From contig OZ024748.1 in NCBI GenBank assembly GCA_964016885.1, forward strand, positions 15,624,001 through 15,688,000: a stretch of DNA of 64,000 bases. The letters are read 5' to 3'. The notes under the pieces were generated by a model. It was not told the origin of the DNA, searched no databases, and was given only the letters and a program-made list of their open reading frames with translations. A program made the position numbers and the translations under genes. Every line of letters starts with the position of its first letter. Within the stretch, counting starts at the first letter, position 1. Positions 1 through 12,094 of the stretch are shown in pieces. This DNA comes from Eledone cirrhosa. Taxonomy: Eukaryota.

Positions 1-117
1 TTGTGCCTAAATCAGAAACCATTATTAAGGCATTGGATTGGCAGTATCGATAAAATAAAGTACCGGTAATGTACTGGAATAAGTGTTGGCCTTGTGCCAA
101 AAGTAGAAACAATTATT
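1..117 (+). mobile_element. Fragments of the abundant tRNA-derived octopod SINE family
   Basis: CGATAAAATAAAGTACC..GGCCTTGTGCCAAAAGTAGAAACAATTATT tail shared with the other copies in the window. Confidence 0.8.
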
Positions 118-1077
118 AAAACACTTATATAAATATAACTTTGATTTTAACAAGTTTTCATAGACTATACAGTAGAATGTGCAATAGAATCTACAGCCAT
201 TGTTGAATTACAGCAGATATTCCTGACAAACTATAGATGAAACCATATAATGAAACTGATTAGATGAATTGTGTTTTGTTCAGAGATCTTAATATATATA
301 ATTCATATAATAACGATGGCATAAAATCCATATCAATATGAAATGATATATCTTTAATTACAATTTATTTATTTATTTATCTTTGATTTATTTCTAATCT
401 GTTCATCAATATATTGTGGAGGTGATGGGATAGGGTAGTTCTCGCTGAATTTTGGATAAACATTTTGATTCGAAGAAGAAAATACAGTCAAAAGTAAAGA
501 TTGGATTAAAGAAATGGTGAATATGGTGAATGTGAAATTTAAACTACAGTTAAGTGGTGGTGAAATGGACGAGGTAGTGAAATGTTAAAATATGATTTGT
601 TCAGGTTCAATCCACATTCAGGTCCAAATACCACAGGTAAGATTAAATTTGATAATTTCAATTTACAGTTTGGTAAACTGACAAACCTAGGTTTTGACAC
701 TTCCTGCTATTACAGCATTAAGAAGATTACTAAGCCTGCATTTTCTACTGCACAGTCCACACTACACACTAACATACACCAAATCATCTGACAAGTCATA
801 ACATCATATAATCCTCTCTGCTACTTTGGATATTTCCACAATGCTGCCACATGACAAATGTGTTTAGCAACAACAGGGAAAGTGAATGTATGATGATGAT
901 GATGATGGTGATGATGACAATAAAGTGCTCTATATATATATATATAACTTACTTATACAAATTTGTATAAAACTATGATCCATTAAGGTTCTGTAATGTA
1001 CGTCTCTGAAGTATGCACCCTAGGTGGCTGCCTAGTTGGCCTTAATGGTAGCACCAGCCCTGCATAGAACTGATCTT

Positions 1078-1293
1078 TTAACTTTTTAACATTTACATTA
1101 CTCTATATTTACTATCATATTTTGAGGATAAAGACTTTACCTCACATATTTATCTCACATAATATCGAATCTATGAGATTTTGATATATATTTTGAAAAC
1201 AATACCTTAACATCAGTATAATAAGCCGATTACAGTCGGTTTGAACAGAAAGAGTTGAGAGAATTCTGGTCAGTTTAAATGCTAAAGGGTTAA
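1078..1293 (+). mobile_element. piggyBac-type MITE (decayed left end)
   Basis: Same internal sequence as 20931-21142; ends TAAATGCTAAAGGG-TTAA. Confidence 0.75.
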
Positions 1294-2056
1294 GGTTCAG
1301 TAATTCACTTCTCTTATGTCTATGCTCGAGGTGGTTGCCTAGTTGACTTTCATAGCAGCACCATGGCTTGGTGTGCTTGTACTAAACTGGATACCAAAAA
1401 TGACAAATGAAATATACACTGATGTAAGAAGAAGAAATTAAGATGAAATGAAAAATTCCAGTGAAAGGAGAATTTGAAGGTAAACTTATGTAAGAGATTA
1501 CAACATGATGCAGACATGTCTTAGAGGAGACAAGATTGTTGTGGTTAAAAATAGTTGAAACTCTGGAATAGCTTTCAATGTTATATGCCGTGAGGAAGGA
1601 GAGAAATCTAACATGACAGACACTTGTCTTGCTTCAGATAGAAAGAGAAAATATAAAGGCTTTTTACATCATGATGAGGATGATGATGGTGAGCATGATG
1701 ATGATGATCATCATTAGGTATTATCTGTTCTCAGCAGGTCAAATACCAAGTATCAACTATCTCAAATTTTCCTTTTCTTTGTTTTGTCTTTTTCATCCTC
1801 ATTATCTGTCTTTGTCTTCCACTTCTTCGTCTTCTCTCTTCATTGTTGACTTCTTCCTCATCTTTTTTTCTTCATCTTATTTGTCTTTGTCTTCGTCTGT
1901 TTTCTTCCCATTCATTTTGCCTTCTCTACCTATAGACTCCTTAAATATTGGTGATTAAAATGTTCATCTCAAACTCATGTAGTACTGGGTTCAATCCTGT
2001 GGCTTCACACACTGGGGCAGTGTCAACATCGTATACAGGATTAGCAGCAACACATT

Positions 2057-2331
2057 GAAGTGTCATGATACACCTAGAGTGCTGTGACACACTAAAGTGT
2101 TGTGACACACTAAAGTGTCACGACACACTAAAGTTTTGTGAGATTCAACATTATCAGTGACACACTAAAGTGCTGTGACACATTAAGGTGTTGTGACACA
2201 CAGACATGAGCGGTGACACACAGACATGAGCTGTGACACACAGACATGTGCTGTGACACATTAAGGTGTTGCGACACACAGACATGAACTGTGACACAAA
2301 GTGTTATGAGACACCTAAAGTATTATGACAC
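2057..2331. repeat. 18-20 bp degenerate minisatellite
   Basis: Repeated GTG(T/C)TGTGACACAC..AAA / GTGACACACAGACATGAG units. Confidence 0.85.
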
Positions 2332-3109
2332 AGATACCTCTGCCATAAGTAAACAATGAAGTCAATGTATTGTAAAATGGTGTTTGAAGTTTAACCGTTG
2401 GAACTCAAAGAAACTGTGATGAATTTTGTAATACAACTAACAAGTACAACCTTGATAATACGATACAGGAAAATCAATAGAAATTAATAAAATAAGTGAT
2501 GACCATATAAGGAAAAGAAAACAAAGAAACATGAAAGGTTGGTTGTAAATACTTGAGGCAGATAGAGTTAGATAAATGTAAAACTGAAAATAATGTAATT
2601 GTGAGAGTACAGATTATATCTTAGCTGAAACAAAAGAGATAAGGTTTTGGATCCCAAGCTCATGTTACAACATTTCATTGTATGTTTAGGTGTAGGGAAT
2701 AATACAATCAAATAAAGAGAGCAAGTTTGTTGTATAAATAAGATTAAGAAGAGACCTTTTAAATGAGATGTCAATGCAACAAACATGGCTGGGTGTGTGG
2801 AAAAGAAGTTTATTTTGTAATCATATGATGTTGGAGTTTGATCTCACAGCATGGCACATCGAGCAAGTGTCTTCTACTATAGATTCAGGTTGATCAATAT
2901 CTTGTAAGTAGAATTTTTTTGTAGATTTGTCTCATAGAAACAGAGTCAATTTTTTGTCAGGCTTATATGAAATGTGTGAACACTTTTGCGACAATATTTC
3001 TAATGAAATATATTCAATTTAAATTTATTAATTAATAAAGAGTTTTGATAGATTTATGAAATTATAATTATTTTATTACAAAGATAGTAACTTAACACAA
3101 TCAGTTATG

Positions 3110-3395
3110 ATTTGCAGGACATTGCTGAAGAAGGAAACAGAAGTTTCTATTGTGGGACCCAACCAGAGGGTTATACACAAGCTACTGTTGTGGGAATCAA
3201 CCAGGAAGTTATACACAAATTACTGTTGTGGGAACCAACTCATGGGAGATGCAGTAGAGGAAGACCTATTTGAACATTCATTGATCAACTCCCAGACAAT
3301 ACAAATCTCAGTAGTGAAGAGTTGAAAGGAGCAATGGAAAATTGTGAATTGTGGAGAGACTGTCAGGAATATTCATCTGAGGTTACAATGATGAC
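3110..3395 (+). mobile_element. Old RTE-like LINE 3' fragment
   Basis: Translates as LLWEPTHGRCSRGRP..TFIDQL..ELKGAMENCELWR, a typical RTE-clade C-terminus; contains a ~33-bp internal triplication. Confidence 0.6.
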
Positions 3396-3445
3396 GAACT
3401 TAACATGTGGTTACTATTTAAAATTATTATTTATCATATTGATAA

Positions 3446-3637
3446 GGGCGGTGGATTGGCAGTATCGGTAGAGGGTCGGACACCATTTTTTCCAGCATAG
3501 TTACGTCCCTTTACGATCTGAGTTCAAATCCCGCCGAGGTTGACGTTGCCTTTCATCCTTACGGGGTCGATAAAATAAAGTACCAGTAATGCACTGGGAT
3601 AATTGCTGGCCTTGTGCCTAAAGTAGAAACAATTATT
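3446..3637 (+). mobile_element. tRNA-derived SINE, full length
   Basis: A-box-like TGGCAGTATCGG, B-box GAGTTCAAATCC, conserved body, (ATT)n tail. Confidence 0.9.
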
Positions 3638-4290
3638 TATCATAATGATAATATAATAATTTAATATAATATAAAGTTATGTTGGAAGATTTTAATTTAA
3701 ATAGGTGATATGAATAGGAGCGCAAATCAACTCGCAAAGATCAATCATATTTACTAGCTTGAATCTACAGGTTAGCCTTGTAAATATGTTTCTAATAGAT
3801 AAGGAAAGAAAGAGCAAATAACATTTAAGTTTCTATGGCAATAAGTTCCGAATGCTTAGTGGAAGAAAAACGAAAAAAAACCTAAGGCGTGGTGCTAATC
3901 ATATTAAGTATTTATGTTCAAAGAAATCATCATAGGAAGAATATAGAAGAAAGCAATATCCTGTGTGGTTCTTTACCAAAATGTAGACAGTCAATCTGTT
4001 GCGTGAGATGTTGCTTCACAAAGCCGGAAATAACAATCACAATAAGCAGAACAGACCAGAGTATTGCAGGATGTCGGATCTACATCTAGCACGATTGATT
4101 GAGTAGTGTCGGGCCTTTTGATGTTAATACTGCTGCTACTACTGATGTTACCACTCACTACTAATACTACCAATATTTATAACAATACACATTCACATAT
4201 TATATTTGTATATATATATAAAATATATATACCATATATATATATATATATATACCATATATATATATATAAATGAATATATATCATATA

Positions 4291-6559
4291 TCATCATCAT
4301 CATCATCATCACCGTTTTACGTCCGTTCTTCCACGCTAGCATGGGTTAGACGGATTGTCCTGTTGTGGGCAGTGTCTGGTCGGCTGACCATGCCTTGCTC
4401 ATACAGGAACTGATCTGGCTTGATTTCTACAGCTGGATGCCCTTCCTAACACCAACCTCATTTACAGTGAGTGCTGGGTGCTTTTTCGTGGCGCCTACAC
4501 GTCCACTTTACAGTGTGGGCTGGGTGCTTTTTTGCCGTGGCACCTCCACGACCACCTTGCGGTGGGGGGGGGGCATATTGTTTATATGCTTCAGCATGTA
4601 CCCATGGGAGGTCGGGTACCCTGTATTACTGCGTGACGCCAGAAGTCACGGTCGTGTGTCATTGACTTTGAGAGGTGTAGTTGGGTAAGGTCGGCTTTTA
4701 TCACCTCATCCCAAGTCATCTTGGGTCTCCCCACTCCGCGGTTTCCATCAACTTCTAGTGCTCTGCACCTTTTTATGCAGCTGTCATCCTTCATACGCAT
4801 CACATGTCCATACCAGCGTAACCGCCTCTCCTGCACGCAGCATTTGATTCCTCTTATGCTCAGTCTCTCTCTCAATTCATTTATGCTTTGTCGTTCACGT
4901 ATATTACTGTTACACATCCATCGGAGCATGCAGGCTTCGTTTCTCTCTAATCTACGTAAGTCTTCCACCTTCAGCGCCCAGGTCTCACTACCATGCAACA
5001 TCGCTGTTCGGATACACGCATCATACAGTCTGCCTTTCATTCTGAGGGAGAAGCCTTTTGCAGCTAGCAGTGGTAGTAGTTCCCTAAACTTCTTCCATCC
5101 CGTTCTTACCCTAGTTATTGTACTTTCTGAGCACCCACCTCCGTTGCTAATTCGGTCACCTAGGTAGCAGAAGCTGTCTACTGTTTCTACAGGGCCCTCC
5201 CAGAGATTGGTGGTACTTGTTTCCTGTGGCTGTTTGCTTGCTGTTTCAGCACAGCTGCTGCATGTGAATCCTACATTCTTAATTAAGCTTCCTGAGATCC
5301 CGCTACATCTCTTGTGTACCCATTGTTTGCATTTGGGGCAAAGAATGGAGTTCCTACCTACACCTTTCCTACATACTGTGCAAGGCCATTTCCCTGAGGG
5401 GATCTGGGTTCTGTTTTCTCGTCTACTTATAAGGACCTTAGTCTTTGTCATGTTGACTTTGAGGCCCTTTCTCTCTAGTCCCTGCTTCCAGGTTTGGAAT
5501 TTATTCTCTAGTTCTACCATAGATTCAGCTATGAGTGCGAGGTCATCAGCATACAGGAGTTCCCATGGGCATCCGGTCTTAAACTCCTCCGTTATTGCCT
5601 GCAGGACTATGATGAACAGGAGAGGGCTAAGAACAGAGCCCTGGTGGACCCCAACCTGTACGCTAAATTCCTCGCTATACTCATTGCCAATCCTAACTTT
5701 GCTGACTGCTCCCCTATACATGGCTTGTACCGCTTTCACAAGCCATTCATCTACTCCTAGTTTTCTAAGAGCCCACCAGATTACTGCACGTGGAACTCTG
5801 TCAAAGGCTTTCTCAAGGTCGACAAATGCCAAGTAGAGTGGCTTACTTTTAGCTAGGTACTTTTCCTGTAATTGCCTCACAAGGAAGAGCGCATCAGTGG
5901 TGCCTTTCCCTGGAACAAACCCAAATTGCATCTCGTCTATATTCACCCGGTCCCTAATCAGCTGTGCTATAACTCTTTCTGTTACTTTCATGACCTGGTC
6001 CATCAACTTTATACCTCTATAGTTTCCTCTATCTAGTGCATCGCCTTTACCTTTGTAGCAGTTGACAATGATGCTACTGCACCAATCTTTTGGTATGGCC
6101 CCCTCTAGTATTACCTGGTTAACGATACGTGTGGTTATAGTGTGACCTACAGACCCAGATGCCTTCAGCATCTCGGCAGCTATACCCGATGGACCGGTTG
6201 CCTTCCCTATCTTCATATCTCTGATTGCCTTACTTACTACGCTGCCGCTGACTTGTACTGCTGGTCCCTCTATAGGGTCTACGTGGGGTAGGGTCTCTTC
6301 TTCCCATGCATTCTCCTCATTTAGTAATCTATCATAATGACTCTTCCATGCATCTTTCTTCTCAGCACTTGTGAGGGCAAGCTCACCTTTATCATTCCGG
6401 ATACACTTCTCTCCAATGACATCACAACTATCTCTGACACACTGCCTCGCAATCTTGAATACCTCCTGTTTCTGGTCCTCACGTTGTAAAACATGCTTGA
6501 ATTTTCTATCCTCTGCTTCCCTCCTAGCTAAGTATACTTGTCGCCTAGCTTCCCTATGG
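4291..6559 (-). mobile_element. RTE-clade LINE, 5'-truncated, inserted in (TA)n
   Basis: Open RT ORF, ~280-nt 3'UTR, (GAT)n tail at 4291-4310, TA microsatellite on both sides. Confidence 0.95.
4591..6555 (-). CDS. RTE LINE ORF2 fragment: reverse transcriptase with PHD-like Zn finger (endonuclease domain lost by truncation)
   Basis: RT motifs [55 protein letters not shown]; no internal stops. The ATG in the ORF track lies in flanking TA repeat and is not real. Confidence 0.93.
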   Translation of the reverse strand, partial: REARRQVYLARREAEDRKFKHVLQREDQKQEVFKIARQCVRDSCDVIGEKCIRNDKGELALTSAEKKDAWKSHYDRLLNEENAWEEETLPHVDPIEGPAVQVSGSVVSKAIRDMKIGKATGPSGIAAEMLKASGSVGHTITTRIVNQVILEGAIPKDWCSSIIVNCYKGKGDALDRGNYRGIKLMDQVMKVTERVIAQLIRDRVNIDEMQFGFVPGKGTTDALFLVRQLQEKYLAKSKPLYLAFVDLEKAFDRVPRAVIWWALRKLGVDEWLVKAVQAMYRGAVSKVRIGNEYSEEFSVQVGVHQGSVLSPLLFIIVLQAITEEFKTGCPWELLYADDLALIAESMVELENKFQTWKQGLERKGLKVNMTKTKVLISRRENRTQIPSGKWPCTVCRKGVGRNSILCPKCKQWVHKRCSGISGSLIKNVGFTCSSCAETASKQPQETSTTNLWEGPVETVDSFCYLGDRISNGGGCSESTITRVRTGWKKFRELLPLLAAKGFSLRMKGRLYDACIRTAMLHGSETWALKVEDLRRLERNEACMLRWMCNSNIRERQSINELRERLSIRGIKCCVQERRLRWYGHVMRMKDDSCIKRCRALEVDGNRGVGRPKMTWDEVIKADLTQLHLSKSMTHDRDFWRHAVIQGTRPPMGTC

Positions 6560-7298
6560 TATATATAAAATATATATACCATATATATATATATATATCA
6601 TATATATATAAAATATATATACCATATATATATATATATATATAAATGAATATATATATATCATATATATAAAATATATATACCATATATATATATAAAT
6701 GAATATATATATATCATATATATAAAATATATATACCATATATATATATAAAAAATATATATATATATAAAATATATATATATCATATATATATATATAT
6801 AAAATATATATACCATATATATATATATATCATATATATATATATATAAAATATATATACCATATATATATATCATATATATAAACAAATATATATATAT
6901 ATCATATATATATAAAATATATATATACCATATATATATATATATATAAATGAATATATATATATATCATATATATAAAATATATATACCATATATATAT
7001 ATATCATATATATATACCATATATATATATAAAAATAAATATATATATATATATATCATATATATATAAAATATATATACCATATATATCATATATATAA
7101 ACAAATATATATATATATCATATATATATATTTATATATATATCATATATATATAAAATATATATACCATATATATCATATATATAAACAAATATATATA
7201 TATATATCATATATATATATCTATATATATATCATATATATATAAATAAATAAATATATATATCATATATAAATATATCATACATATATCATATATAT

Positions 7299-7330
<32 letters not shown>
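6560..7330. repeat. Interrupted (TA)n array at the RTE 5' junction
   Basis: TA with recurring ACCAT, AAATGAAT, TCAT and AAACAAAT interruptions. Confidence 0.95.
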
Positions 7331-7569
7331 CTAAATGAGTTTGATCTGTGCTCTAATTTCCCCAAAATATGGAAGAAAGGCACCACGACAACAAGAAGAT
7401 GTCTATGTATTTGATCTGACACTATGCTTTAAGAAAGATTTTTCAAAAGCCTTCTTAAGATATTTATGAGGATTGGCAGAACTTCTTTCATCTCTACATT
7501 CTCCTACTAAGGATTATTGATGTCATTTTAGTTGCATCTGACTAAATTAGGAGTGAATTCTCCTCACAT

Positions 7570-8910
7570 AGTAGTGGTGGTGGTGGTGGTGAAGGTGGTA
7601 GTGTAGGTGGTAGTGGTGGTGGTGGTGGTGAAGGTGGAAGTGTAGGTGGTAGTGGTGGTGGTGGTGGTGAAGGTGGAAGTGTAGGTGGTAGTGGTGGTGG
7701 AGGTGGTAGTGTAGGTGGTAGTGGTGGTGGAGGCGGTAGTAGTTGTGGTGGAGGTGGTAGTGGTGGTGGTGGTAGAACTGGTGGTGGTGGTGGTGGTGGT
7801 TGTAGAGCTGGTGGTGGTAGAGCTGGTGGTGGTACTAGTGGTGTTGGTGGTGGTGGTAGAGCTGGTGGTGGTGGTAGAGGTGCTGGTGGTAGGGGTGGTG
7901 GTGGTGGTGGTGGTAGAGCTGGTGGTGGTAGTAGTGGTATTAGTGGTAGTGGTGGTATTGGTGGTAGTAATAGTGGTGGTGGTACTGCTGCTTAGAGAGC
8001 GATAGTAGTATTGGTGGTCGTTGTTGCTGTGTTGGTTGTGAGGTGATAGTGGAAGTGGTGGTGGTGGTACTGTTGCTTGGAGTAATGGTGGTGGTGGTAA
8101 TAATAGTAGTAGTAGTAGTAATCATAATTTGAAACTGATTTTTCTTCATGTACCTATCTATATCTGTGAGAAGTAAGAGTTAGGGTGGAGGAGAAGATTT
8201 CAGTGAAACTACTACTTGTTACTGTTGTTACAATTGTTGTTACTGTTGCTATTGTCACTTGTTATTTATTGTTGTTGTTGTTGTTACTGTTGCTATTGTT
8301 GTTGTCACTGTTATTGTTGTTGTTACTGTTGTTACAATTGTTGTTGTTACTGTTGCTATTGTTGTTGTTACTGTTGCTATTGTTGTTGTTAACTGTTGCT
8401 GTTGCTATTGTTGTTGTTACTGTTGCTGTTGCTATTGTTGTTGTTACTGTTGCTATTGTTGTTACTGTTGCTATTATTGTTGTTAGTGTTGCTATTGTTG
8501 TTGTTACTGTTGCTCTTGATGTTGTTACTGTTGCTATTGTTGTTGTTACTGTTGCTATTGTTGTTACTGTTGCTATTGTTGTTGTTACTGTTGCTATTGT
8601 TACTGTTGCTATTGATGGTGTTACTGTTGCTATTGATGTTGTTACTGTTGCTATTGTTGTTGTTACTGTTGCTATTGTTGTTGTTACTGTTGCTATTGTT
8701 ACTGTTGCTATTGTTGTTGCTATTGTTGTTACTGTTGCTATTGTTGTTGTTGTTACTGTTGCTAGTGTTGTTGTTGTTACTGTTGCTATTGTTGTTACTG
8801 TTGCTATTATTGTTTTTGTTACTATTATTGTTACTGTTGTTTCTGTTATTGTTGCTGTTACTGTTATTGTAACTGTTTTTTGTTGTTGTTACTGTTGCCA
8901 TTGTTATTGA
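7570..8910. repeat. (GGT)n and (GTT)n-type trinucleotide low-complexity tracts
   Basis: GGT/GTA repeats at 7570-8122; GTT/ACT/GCT repeats at 8215-8910. Confidence 0.9.
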
Positions 8911-9212
8911 TGTTGTTACTGGAAGGATCCATTATAGTGAAATAGTTGACAGCAATATTGGAAATAAATTATGTACAGATATAAATTCAGATTTAATTGT
9001 GTCATAGAACCATGTATCAAAATGGCTGTTACTATTGTTACCCTCCCCCTCCTCGTCTGTATATTCTCATGTATAAGAAGAACAATTTTCAACTAAAATT
9101 AAGGGGAGATGGAGAAGGGCAGGTGGTATAATACACAAGTACATCTTTTAAGAATGCCTTTTTACTGAGCTTTAACAATACACATTTCAAATGGCAAGAT
9201 TGCAAATGATGA

Positions 9213-9465
9213 TGATCATCATCATCTTCGTTGTCATCGTTTTAAAGTTCACTATTCCACACTTACATGGTTTGGATGGTTCCTTTTCAGCACAGCATCT
9301 CTCCACTCATCGCCTTCCTTCGTCATCTCCTCTGTGAGTTTCAGTGACTTGAGATCAGCTCTTACCACCACTGCCCAGGTCTACATTGGTCAACCTCTAC
9401 TGCAGCTTCTTTCCACTAGGATTTCCTGGCATTTCTTCAACCAGCAATCATCATCCATGCACACG
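9213..9465 (-). mobile_element. Decayed RTE LINE 3' fragment
   Basis: (CAT)n tail plus degenerate antisense of the RTE C-terminus (MDDDCWLKKCQEI..GRP..WAVVVRADL). Confidence 0.7.
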
Positions 9466-9469
9466 ATAT

Positions 9470-9780
9470 TGGATTTGAGCTCAGAACGTGAAGGGCCGTA
9501 ACTATATGCTGCAAAGCATGTCATATGCTCTACCAATACTGCCAATCACCCACCCTTAATAATGGTGTCTGATTTAGGCACACGGCCAGCATTTCGGGGA
9601 GAGGGGAAAGTCAATTAAATCGACCCCAGTGCATTACTGTTGCTTTATTTTATCGACCTCGTGAGGATGAAAGGCAAAGTCAACCTCGGCGGGATTTGAA
9701 CTCAGACCATAATGGGCTGTAACTATGCTGGAAAGCAATGCGTCCGACCCTCTACCGGTACTGCCAATCCACTGGCCTTA
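9470..9780 (-). mobile_element. Two SINE copies (one partial, one full)
   Basis: Reverse complement of the 3446 family. Confidence 0.85.
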
Positions 9781-9796
9781 CAACAACAACAACAAC

Positions 9797-9837
<41 letters not shown>

Positions 9838-10203
9838 TGATGATGATAATAAGGCAGAAGTTGTAATTACATAGATGTTCTGTGAGTAGGTAAGGCAGAA
9901 TGTTTGAATCAATAAGAACACATTACTGGTAATTACTTCATCAGTTGGAAGAAGGAAACAAAATGGTGGAAGGAGTGGTGGAGACAATGGTGGAGAGAAT
10001 GGTGGAGAGAATGGCAGAGACAATGGTGGAGGGAATGGCGGAGACAATGGTGGAGGGAATGGCAGAGACAAAAAACAAAGAAACAAGCAGAAAATAATTA
10101 TATTAAACACATTAAATACACTACATCGTTAAAGAATAGAGTCAAGAATTCTTTCATCTGCACCAACATATTGTAGATAGATAAATAAATAATAAATAAT
10201 AGA

Positions 10204-10628
10204 TAATGATGGTGATGGTAATGATGATGAAAAAGCTGATGGTAATGGAGATGATGATGATGATGGTAGAGATGCTGATGATGATGGTGCTGATGACTAT
10301 GGTAATGATAATGAAGATGATAATGATGATGATAATGAAGATGGAGATGATGATGATGGTGATGATAATGGAGATGATGGTAATGAAGATGATTATGGTA
10401 ATGATGGTGATGATAATGATGATGGTAGTGACAATAATAATAAGGATGGATGTAGTAATGATGATGATAATAATTATGATGGTGACTGGAATGAAGATAA
10501 TATTGAAGATGGTGGTAATGATAATGATGAAGATGGTGATGGTGGCGATGATGATGATGGTAATAATAAAAATGTTGATGATAGTAATGATGTTAATAAT
10601 GACAATAACGATGGTGATGATGATGATT
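10204..10628. repeat. (GAT/AAT/GGT)n low-complexity tract
   Basis: Direct inspection. Confidence 0.9.
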
Positions 10629-10851
10629 ACACCTTGGTTGTATTTTTTTCTGAAATAAAAAAATAATCTTAAAAGCAAATGAATAATAATAAAAAAATGA
10701 ACTAAACAGATTAATTAATTAATTAGATCTGAACTAAATTACACTACCTTTTAAATGTTTATATTTGTAAGATATAAATAACATACAGGGATGTAACTCA
10801 ATAGATTCAACAGACATGGCTGGTTGTGGATGAGTGATGTGGGCAGGGTGT

Positions 10852-11198
10852 TTAACCCTTTAGCATTTAAACTGGCTGTATCCGGCCAGAATTTTCTCAC
10901 CTCTTCCTTTTCAAACTGGCTATAACTGGCTGCTCATACTTATGTTAAGGTATTGTTCTCAATATAAATAATATCAAAGATCGCTGAAGTTCATGGAGAA
11001 AATGACGAAGGACCATGACAAGTGGAGAGATGCTGAATAGGACCCATCCCACCCTTGTAAGCAGGGAAAAGCAGACGTAAAATGATGATGATGAGAATAA
11101 TCTTATAGATTCAATATTATGTAACATTAGGTGAGGTAAAGCTTTTACCATGAAAATATAATAGTAAATATAGAGTAATGTAAATACTAAAGAGTTAA
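10852..11198 (-). mobile_element. piggyBac-type MITE interrupted by an RTE 3' tail fragment (~11000-11095)
   Basis: TTAACCCTTTAGCATTTA start, AAAGAGTTAA end; internal ...ACGTAAAATGATGATGATG RTE tail. Confidence 0.75.
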
Positions 11199-12094
11199 AA
11201 ATATTGAAACCTGGCAGTTTATTGAGTGAAATTGGGGTTAGCAGAAACAGCGTAGAACCCCATCAGATAGATTCTACTGGTAATTCAAAAGTTAAGATTT
11301 GCATTTTGTGTCATGCTGATTCAACTTGGGAATTACTATATATACTTGTATATATAGTAAGGAAGGGCATTCAGTTATAGAAAGCTTGCCAAACAAAGGG
11401 TTGGGATGACCCCTCAGTCAAACCAAGGACATGACAACCTCCCTATATGATATATGCACCCAGTACACACTGTAAAGGGGGTTGGTGATAGGAAGGACAC
11501 CCAGTCATAGACAGCTTGCCAAATAAAGAGTTGGGAGGACTCTTTAGTTGTGTAAAAAAAATGACAACTTCTCCTGTGCACTCAGTAGAACAAGAGACCA
11601 TGTCTAAGTGAGATAACAGACCCTTGGCTTGTCTTGGATGTCAGAACTGAGCTGGTCTATGTAGACCTGTCCACTCCTTGCAGAGAAAGCAGATGTTAAA
11701 TCAACGATGATGAAGGTTTTCGCCATAAATTGGTTGATAACAAATGTGTTAACTTTATATTGTTTGTGTTTGGAAACTTTCAACTTTATCAGACAAGATT
11801 AAAAGTTTGCTCAGTTCCTGAATTTGTGTTTCTATGAAAGTAGTTCCAGGGCAAATAAAATAAATTATATACTAAAAACAATTGTTTAATAGAAATACTG
11901 CTGTCAGCTTTAATCATATATTCAATATTTATTTTTCATAACCAGTGAAATACCTTATTAGTTGTAGTAGTATGTCTTGTTTAGCTCCAGGTCAGCTCTC
12001 ACTTAGAAAACTTTTGATCTAAGTCTTCTAACCTTGTCTATCACATCTTTACTTGAGACATAGTACATCTAGAAGTACTTTAAATAAAGTGCAT

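Noticed and set aside
582-791. 69-aa ORF or micro-exon at 605-636
   Set aside because: No recognisable protein; its 3' part is an antisense copy of a repeat also found at ~63370-63425.
3446-3540. Functional tRNA genes at the SINE heads
   Set aside because: A/B boxes continue into the SINE body, copies are divergent and no full cloverleaf is evident.
4365-6568. Plus-strand ORFs overlapping the RTE
   Set aside because: Antisense shadows of the RT frame and 3'UTR.
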